Assembly: GCA_965223005.1 (NCBI GenBank)
Contig: CBDCVK010000005.1
Span: 96,001-160,000 of the forward strand
Source of the DNA: Terriglobia bacterium
GTDB taxonomy: Bacteria > Acidobacteriota > Terriglobia > JAJPHL01 > JAPKYU01
Length of the DNA: 64,000 nucleotides
Direction: 5' to 3'
Positions within the stretch are counted from its first letter, which is position 1. Each line of letters opens with the position of its first letter. The position numbers and the translations under genes are program-made. Positions 57,986-64,000 of the stretch are shown here, piece after piece. Below the pieces are notes generated by a model that worked only from the letters and a program-made list of their open reading frames with translations, made no database searches and was not told the origin of the DNA.

Positions 57986-59398
57986 ATGAGAATCTGCGTG
58001 CTGGGATTGGACTGCGCTGCCCCGGAAATCATCTTCGGGGACGAGCGGCTGCACAACATCCGACGGCTGATGCAGGCGGGTGTGTATGGGCGCCTGGAAA
58101 GCGTCATTCCACCCATCACGGTGCCGGCCTGGATGTGCATGGCAACGAGCCAGGATCCAGGGTCGCTCGGCGTCTACGGTTTCCGCAACCGGACCGACCA
58201 CTCCTACAGCCGGCTCAGCATTGCCAATTCCACTTCTATCCAGCAGGCGGCCATCTGGGATCACTTGGCGCGTCAGGGGAAGCGGTCCATCCTGGTGGGC
58301 GTACCACCAAACTACCCGCCCCGGCGCGTCCACGGCCTCAGCATCGGCTGCTTCCTGACGCCCGACCCGACCAGGGACCCCTTCACCTACCCGGCCAGCC
58401 TCCAGGCACAGATCCGTAAGCGGGTGGGGGAATACCCGGTGGACGTCAAGGGCTTCCGCACCGCGGACAAGCAGTGGCTGAAACAAGAAATTTTCCAGAT
58501 GAGTCAGAAGCAATGGCAGGTGGTGCGCTGGCTGCTCGCAGAGCAGGAGTGGGACTATTTTCACTTCGTGGATATCGGTCTGGACCGCGTGCACCATGGC
58601 TTCTGGCAATATTTTGACTCACAACACCGGCATTACGAAGCAGGAAACCCATATGAGAGTGTCATTCCGGAATACTATCGTTGGATTGACGAACAACTCG
58701 GCGCCGTCGTCGAGCTGCTGGATCGCGAGACAATTCTGCTGGTGGTGTCGGACCACGGAGCCCAGCGGTTGGACGGTGGCTTTGCGATCAACGAGTGGCT
58801 GATCCGCAAGGGGCTGCTGGTGGTAGAGGAGTTTCCCAACGCGGTCACGCCCTTCGAGAAGCTGAAGGTGAACTGGGCGAAAACCAAAGCGTGGAGCGAG
58901 GGCGGCTACTACGCCCGCGTGTTCTTCAACGTAAAGGGGCGCGAGCCGCAGGGTGTGGTTCCGCCGTCCGACTATGAGGCCCTGCAGGACGAGATGAAGG
59001 CCGAATTCGAGGCGCTTACCGACGACCGGGAACGGCCACTGAACTCGGTGGTTTTCAAACCACAGGAAATTTACCGGCATGTGCGGAACGTCGCGCCGGA
59101 CCTCATCGTGCACTTGGGTGGCCTGTATTGGCGCTCGATCGGTAGCGTGGGCTACGGGCGGGTGCACGTGGCGGAGAACGATACGGGTCCGGACGCCTGC
59201 AACCACTCCCAGTTCGGCATGTTCCTACTTGTGGCTCCCAACTGTCCGCCGAGCGGCCCCTACGGAGGCGCCGGCCTGCTGGATATCGCCCCGACGCTGC
59301 TGGATCTGGCCGGCTACGAAATCCCAGGGACTGTCCAGGGGCGCTCGCTGGTCAAAGGAATGGTCAGCAAGCAGGCGGACCTCGCCGGTCAGGGATGA
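57986..59398 (+). CDS. Cytoplasmic alkaline-phosphatase-superfamily (NPP/phosphodiesterase-like) protein
   Basis: GLDCA, PPITVPAW (Thr nucleophile), DRVHH, SDHG, DIAPTLL; no signal peptide. Confidence 0.88.
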   Translation: MRICVLGLDCAAPEIIFGDERLHNIRRLMQAGVYGRLESVIPPITVPAWMCMATSQDPGSLGVYGFRNRTDHSYSRLSIANSTSIQQAAIWDHLARQGKRSILVGVPPNYPPRRVHGLSIGCFLTPDPTRDPFTYPASLQAQIRKRVGEYPVDVKGFRTADKQWLKQEIFQMSQKQWQVVRWLLAEQEWDYFHFVDIGLDRVHHGFWQYFDSQHRHYEAGNPYESVIPEYYRWIDEQLGAVVELLDRETILLVVSDHGAQRLDGGFAINEWLIRKGLLVVEEFPNAVTPFEKLKVNWAKTKAWSEGGYYARVFFNVKGREPQGVVPPSDYEALQDEMKAEFEALTDDRERPLNSVVFKPQEIYRHVRNVAPDLIVHLGGLYWRSIGSVGYGRVHVAENDTGPDACNHSQFGMFLLVAPNCPPSGPYGGAGLLDIAPTLLDLAGYEIPGTVQGRSLVKGMVSKQADLAGQG

Positions 59399-59444
59399 TG
59401 GCAATACCAATGAACGCAAGCGAGAAACCTGGTAGACCAGCAAA

Positions 59445-61466
59445 ATGACAAGGGGCAGGCTTACAGGCGTTTCACGGGAGGCCAAGATGCTGGCGCTGGT
59501 CCTGGTGCTCTCCGCTGCCCTGGGAACCGCAGCCTGCTGGCTTGCCCCCCGGGGAAACGGCGTGCCCTCCAAGCAGGTGATCGTACTCGGACTCGATGGG
59601 ATGGACCCGGAACTTCTTCAGCGCTATATGCAGGAAGGCAAGCTGCCCAATTTTGCCAAGTTGGCCGCGAGCGGCAGCTTCCGCCGGCTGGGCACCAGCA
59701 CTCCGCCGCAAAGTCCGGTGGCCTGGTCCAACCTGATCACCGGCACCAATCCGGGCGTGCACGGCATCTTTGACTTCATCCACCGCGACCCGGACACTTT
59801 GGTTCCTTACTTTTCAACCTCTCGGGTGGAACCTCCCAAGTACACCCTGCGCTTAGGCCAGTGGGTGGTTCCCATTTCCGGCGGCCGGGTTAACCTTCTC
59901 CGGCAAGGGAAACCCTTTTGGGAAATCCTGGACGACCACGGGATTCCCGCAACCGTCCTCCGGATGCCCGCCAACTTCCCCCCAGTGGAGTCGAACGCAC
60001 GAACGTTCGCTGGCATGGGGACCCCCGATCTTTTGGGGACTTACGGGACATTCTTCTTCTTCACCGACGACCCGCTTATCGAGGCCGGCCCGGTGAGCGG
60101 AGGGCGGATCTACTCGGTGAACGTAGAGGGCGGGCGTGTGGACGCAAGGCTGGAAGGCCCGCGCAACCCGTTTCGCCAGGGTGAACCTCCCGCGACAGCG
60201 GATTTCGCTGTTTGGCTCGACCCGCAGGAACCGGCGGTAAAAATTGCGATTCAAGATCAGGAGATTCTTCTCAAGGAAGGGGAATGGAGCGATTGGGTGC
60301 CGCTGTCGTTCGAGCTGATCCCCTATCTGGAGAGCGTAGCGGGCATTTGCAAGTTTTACCTGAAGCAGGTGCGTCCGCAGTTTCAGCTCTATGTCACCCC
60401 CATCAATCTCGATCCTTCGAGGCCGGCTTTGCCTTTGTCTACCCCCAAGCGCTACGCGCGTCAGCTTTCGAAGCAAGTCGGTTACTTCTATACCCAAGGG
60501 ATCGCCGAGGACACCAAAGCCCTCTCCAGCGGTATCTGGACCGATAAGGAATACGTGCAGCAGGCACGCATGGTGCTGGACGAGCGCCTAAGAATTTTTG
60601 ATATCGAACTCGGCCGCTTTCGTAACGGACTGTTTTTCTTCTATTTCTCCACCTTGGATCAGAATGCGCATATGCTCTGGCGGGCCATGGACGAGCGCCA
60701 TCCCGCTTACGAAACGCAACTGGCAGCCGATTTCGGTGGCGTCCTAGAAGACTTGTATCAGGAAATGGATCGGGTTGTGGGCAAAGTATTGGCGAAACTG
60801 GATCGGCACGCCACCCTGTTGGTAGTGTCGGATCACGGCTTCGCGCCCTATTATCGTTCCCTCAATCTAAACGCCTGGTTGCTGGAAAACGGCTACCTGG
60901 CACTGGAGCCGGGAACGGAACGCGGCGAAAGCGAATTCCTACGCGATGTGGATTGGTCCAGGACGCGCGCCTATGGGCTGGGGCTAAACGCCCTGTATCT
61001 GAACCTGGAGGGCCGGGAGCGTTACGGCATTGTGCCGCCGGGAACACAAGCCCAGGCGCTGCGGGCGGAGATCGCAGCCCGCCTGGAGGAGCTGCGCGAT
61101 CCGCTCACCGAGTCGCCTGTGGTGGCCCGGGCCCACCAGGCGACTGAGGTGTATTCAGGTCCGAAAGTCCGCGACGCGCCGGACCTGCTCATTGGCTATG
61201 CGCGCGGCTACCGGGTCGGCTGGGCTTCTGTGCTGGGAGGAGTTTCCCGGGTGACGTTGGAAGACAATACCGAGCCGTGGAGTGGCGACCATTGCGTGGA
61301 GCCTGCGTTGGTGCCGGGAGTCCTGCTGAGCAACAAAAAGATCGCGGCCGAATCACCCGAGCTGAGAGACGTGGCTCCCACGATCCTGGCCGAATTTCAG
61401 GTCGCCAAACCAGATAACATGGAAGGCAGGTCGTTGTTCGGGGCCCAATCAATGGGTTCACGCTAG
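59445..61466 (+). CDS. Exported or membrane-anchored alkaline-phosphatase-superfamily protein
   Basis: N-terminal hydrophobic segment; GLDGMD, PPQSPVAW, HGIFDF, SDHGF, WSGDH, DVAPTIL. Confidence 0.88.
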   Translation: MTRGRLTGVSREAKMLALVLVLSAALGTAACWLAPRGNGVPSKQVIVLGLDGMDPELLQRYMQEGKLPNFAKLAASGSFRRLGTSTPPQSPVAWSNLITGTNPGVHGIFDFIHRDPDTLVPYFSTSRVEPPKYTLRLGQWVVPISGGRVNLLRQGKPFWEILDDHGIPATVLRMPANFPPVESNARTFAGMGTPDLLGTYGTFFFFTDDPLIEAGPVSGGRIYSVNVEGGRVDARLEGPRNPFRQGEPPATADFAVWLDPQEPAVKIAIQDQEILLKEGEWSDWVPLSFELIPYLESVAGICKFYLKQVRPQFQLYVTPINLDPSRPALPLSTPKRYARQLSKQVGYFYTQGIAEDTKALSSGIWTDKEYVQQARMVLDERLRIFDIELGRFRNGLFFFYFSTLDQNAHMLWRAMDERHPAYETQLAADFGGVLEDLYQEMDRVVGKVLAKLDRHATLLVVSDHGFAPYYRSLNLNAWLLENGYLALEPGTERGESEFLRDVDWSRTRAYGLGLNALYLNLEGRERYGIVPPGTQAQALRAEIAARLEELRDPLTESPVVARAHQATEVYSGPKVRDAPDLLIGYARGYRVGWASVLGGVSRVTLEDNTEPWSGDHCVEPALVPGVLLSNKKIAAESPELRDVAPTILAEFQVAKPDNMEGRSLFGAQSMGSR

Positions 61467-61490
61467 GCTGCCCCGCCGAGGAGGCACAGC

Positions 61491-61697
61491 ATGTTCGGTC
61501 CGCGCATCAAGATTGATGACGAGTTGTTTGATAAGGTGAAGACCTGCGCCGAAAAGGCCGGCTACGCCTCGGCGGAGGAGTTCGTCACCCACCTGCTGGA
61601 AAAAGAGGTCGCCCGCCTCCTTGGTTCGGAGGAAGAAGGCCGCGATCCTGAGGAAGAAGTGAAAAAGCGGCTGCAAGGCCTGGGCTATATCGAGTGA
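61491..61697 (+). CDS. Small protein: RHH-like N-terminus plus EEVKKRLQGLGYIE tail
   Basis: GAGGAGG RBS; RIKIDDELFDKVKTCAEKAGYAS.EEFV. Confidence 0.8.
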   Translation: MFGPRIKIDDELFDKVKTCAEKAGYASAEEFVTHLLEKEVARLLGSEEEGRDPEEEVKKRLQGLGYIE

Positions 61698-61751
61698 AGA
61701 GTTGTTGGCCGGCAACACGCCGGAAGAGGAACGCGGTTCAAGGCGCCCCCG

Positions 61752-62570
61752 ATGCCGTTTTTTCTGTCCCTTGTGAATGGCCTCTTTGATCTTCTGTTTT
61801 GGCCCTTCCGGACGCTGGACCCGCGCTACGGTTTGGCAGCCTTTTCCTTGTTGACTGGCGCCTTTCTGGTGTTGGTATTCCGGCACGCCTCCAACCAGCA
61901 GGCCATACGGCAGGTGAAAGACCGGCTGCAAGCGCAAGTGCTGGCGGTCCGGCTGTATCAGGACCAGTTGGGAGCGGTGCTGCGGTCTTACGGACGCATC
62001 CTGCGTTGCACGCTCACCTACCTGCGGTATTGCCTGAAGCCCCTGGCAGTGATGCTGGTGCCGATGGTGTTACTGCTGGCGCAGGTTGAGCTGCGCCTGG
62101 GCCGGGCTGCCCTCCAGCCACGCGACACGTTTCTACTCCAAGCCCGTCTGGACGGGGGCGTTTCGGCGGACCAGGTGGCGCTTCGCCTGCCCGATGGATT
62201 GGCGCTCTCCGCCCCGCCGGTGCGAATTCCGGAGCAGAAGGAAATCAGCTGGCGGATTCGAGCCGAAACTTACGGGAACTTTCCGATCGAGGTGATGGCT
62301 GCAGGCCAGAGCTTCACAAAACAGGTGACGGTCGCGCCTGATCTGGCCCGGCTCTCCTCCGCACGTCTCCAGAGCAACTTGCTCCAGGCGCTGCTACATC
62401 CCGGGGAACTCCCCTTGCCTGCCGATGGCCCGTTGGAAGCAATTCAGGTGAGGTACCCGCCGCGCAGCATCGAGCTGGGACCGTACCGGGGACACTGGCT
62501 GATTCCGTTTTTTGTTCTTGTAATGGTCTGGACGCTAGCGGCGAAGGCCGTGACCAGAACTCAGTTCTAA
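61752..62570 (+). CDS. Membrane protein with a periplasmic domain (possibly DUF106/EMC3-like N-terminus)
   Basis: TM, short coiled coil, TM, soluble beta region, TM. Confidence 0.7.
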   Translation: MPFFLSLVNGLFDLLFWPFRTLDPRYGLAAFSLLTGAFLVLVFRHASNQQAIRQVKDRLQAQVLAVRLYQDQLGAVLRSYGRILRCTLTYLRYCLKPLAVMLVPMVLLLAQVELRLGRAALQPRDTFLLQARLDGGVSADQVALRLPDGLALSAPPVRIPEQKEISWRIRAETYGNFPIEVMAAGQSFTKQVTVAPDLARLSSARLQSNLLQALLHPGELPLPADGPLEAIQVRYPPRSIELGPYRGHWLIPFFVLVMVWTLAAKAVTRTQF

Positions 62571-62580
62571 CGCCCTTCCC

Positions 62581-64000
62581 ATGATTTCGAGGCACCCGAA
62601 GACCTCACGCGCCCGACGCCTGCTGGCAGGCACGCTTGCTGCCCTGTTGCTATGGCCCGGGGTAGCTTGGGGGTACGTTGGCCCCGGGGCTGGCTTCGCG
62701 GTCCTGTCATCGTTTTTGACCCTCTTCTTGGCGTTTCTGTATTCCCTATTCGCTCTGTTGAGCTGGCCGCTGAGACAGCTTCGCCGACTGCTGCGCCGCC
62801 GCAAAGTTCTTCGCAAAGCCCGCGTGCGACGGGTGGTCATCCTGGGCCTAGATGGCATGGACCCCGAGCTAGCCACAAGGTACATGCAGGAGGGCAAGTT
62901 GCCTCATCTGGCAGCGCTACGCGATCGAGGCACCTTTCTCCCTTTGCAGACTACTTGCCCGCCGATTTCTCCGGTAGCCTGGTCCTCGTTTCAAACCGGC
63001 GTCAATCCCGGCAAGCACAACATCTACGACTTCCTGGCCAGAGATTGCGCCACCTATCTTCCCTACCTCTCCTCGGTCGAGATTCGGGGGCCGCGCCGGA
63101 GCCTTGCGCTGGGCAAGTACGCGATTCCGCTGGGCCGCTCTCGTAGCAGGCTGTTGCGCAAGGCCAAGTCCTTCTGGCACTACCTGGCTGAGGCAGACAT
63201 TTTCTGCTCCGTGATTCGCGTACCGATCACTTTTCCCGCCGAAAAATTCTCCGGCGTGTTGCTGGCGAGCATGTGCGTCCCGGACCTGAAGGGTAGCCAG
63301 GGAACCTTTTCTTTCTACACGACGCGCGACGGCCCTGCAGAAGGCCCACAGGGCGGCCTGCGCTTCCGGTTGCAGCCGGAGGGCGGCGGGTTCCGCTCCT
63401 ACATCCCTGGCCCGGAGAATCATTTGTTGAAGACGCAGCATAGCGAACTGCGCATCCCGTTCCGTGTGCGTGCAGATGCTGCCCGGAGCGAGGCGGAAAT
63501 CGAGATCCAGAGACAGCGCATCACCTTGCGCAAGGGGAAGTATTCCGAATGGGTCGAGTTGAAGTTCAAGGCCGGTCTGGGCATCAAGGTGCACGGCATT
63601 TGCCGCTTCTACTTGAAGGAACTCGAGCCACACCTGGAGCTCTACGTCACTCCCATCAACATCCATCCCGGAAAGCCTGCGCTACCGATCTCACACCCGT
63701 TCACCTACTCGATCTATCTATCCAAGCTCCTGGGGCCCTACGCCACGCTGGGGCTGGCTGAAGATACCTGGGCACTGAACGAAGGCGTGCTCGACGAGGA
63801 GGCCTTTCTCCGGCAGTGCTACCTGATTCACGAAGAGCGGGAACGCATGTTCTTCGACGCGCTGGAGAAGACGCCGCGCGGTCTTTGCGTCTGCGTGTTT
63901 GATATTACCGACCGGGTGCAGCATATGTTCTGGCGCTATCTGGACAGCGGCCATCCGGCCGACGGCAATGCCGGCGCGGCGAATCCGTTCAGGGGCGTCA
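62581..64000 (+). CDS. Membrane-anchored alkaline-phosphatase-superfamily protein, truncated by the window end (absent from the ORF track)
   Basis: Own translation: MISRHPK...AWGYVGPGAGFAVL...RRVVILGLDGMDPEL...PPISPVAW...GKHNIYDF; paralog of 59445. Confidence 0.85.
   Translation, partial: MISRHPKTSRARRLLAGTLAALLLWPGVAWGYVGPGAGFAVLSSFLTLFLAFLYSLFALLSWPLRQLRRLLRRRKVLRKARVRRVVILGLDGMDPELATRYMQEGKLPHLAALRDRGTFLPLQTTCPPISPVAWSSFQTGVNPGKHNIYDFLARDCATYLPYLSSVEIRGPRRSLALGKYAIPLGRSRSRLLRKAKSFWHYLAEADIFCSVIRVPITFPAEKFSGVLLASMCVPDLKGSQGTFSFYTTRDGPAEGPQGGLRFRLQPEGGGFRSYIPGPENHLLKTQHSELRIPFRVRADAARSEAEIEIQRQRITLRKGKYSEWVELKFKAGLGIKVHGICRFYLKELEPHLELYVTPINIHPGKPALPISHPFTYSIYLSKLLGPYATLGLAEDTWALNEGVLDEEAFLRQCYLIHEERERMFFDALEKTPRGLCVCVFDITDRVQHMFWRYLDSGHPADGNAGAANPFRGV

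Overview
A GC-rich bacterial chromosome segment, most likely Acidobacteriota. That assignment is inferred from the Oar-type TonB-dependent receptors, the CRTAC1/ASPIC-TPR fusion and the PSD1/DUF1501 pair. From left to right it holds: rmuC and a PilZ-like gene; an accessory patchwork (PD-(D/E)XK protein, amidohydrolase, cytochrome-c/PSD1 + DUF1501, TPR-CRTAC1, iolG, Nramp-like transporter, TRAP operon, sugar-acid enzymes, CE15 esterase); an integrase-less phage-like recombination module (RecT/Rad52-like annealase, SSB-like protein, Cas4/RecB-like nuclease, HNH, RHH regulator); two paralogous TonB receptors; a DUF5107-TPR gene and an M20 peptidase; an isobutyryl-CoA-mutase-type B12 operon with a Cys-less thiolase/DUF35 pair; glycosyltransferases with pilD and pilS/pilR-like genes; and a sat-cysC pair divergent from three alkaline-phosphatase-superfamily genes. 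The most unusual signal is a bipartite ~54-bp site (AAACTACAAAACGAACTC, variable 10-11 bp spacer, GCAnGTAACTnTnTGATTnTAATA) present three times. It brackets an orphan gene and marks the exact start of the TonB duplication. Nearby, 61-68 bp copies of internal gene segments are stranded in intergenic DNA. No rRNA, tRNA or CRISPR array was seen. All family assignments come from motif recognition, not database searches.
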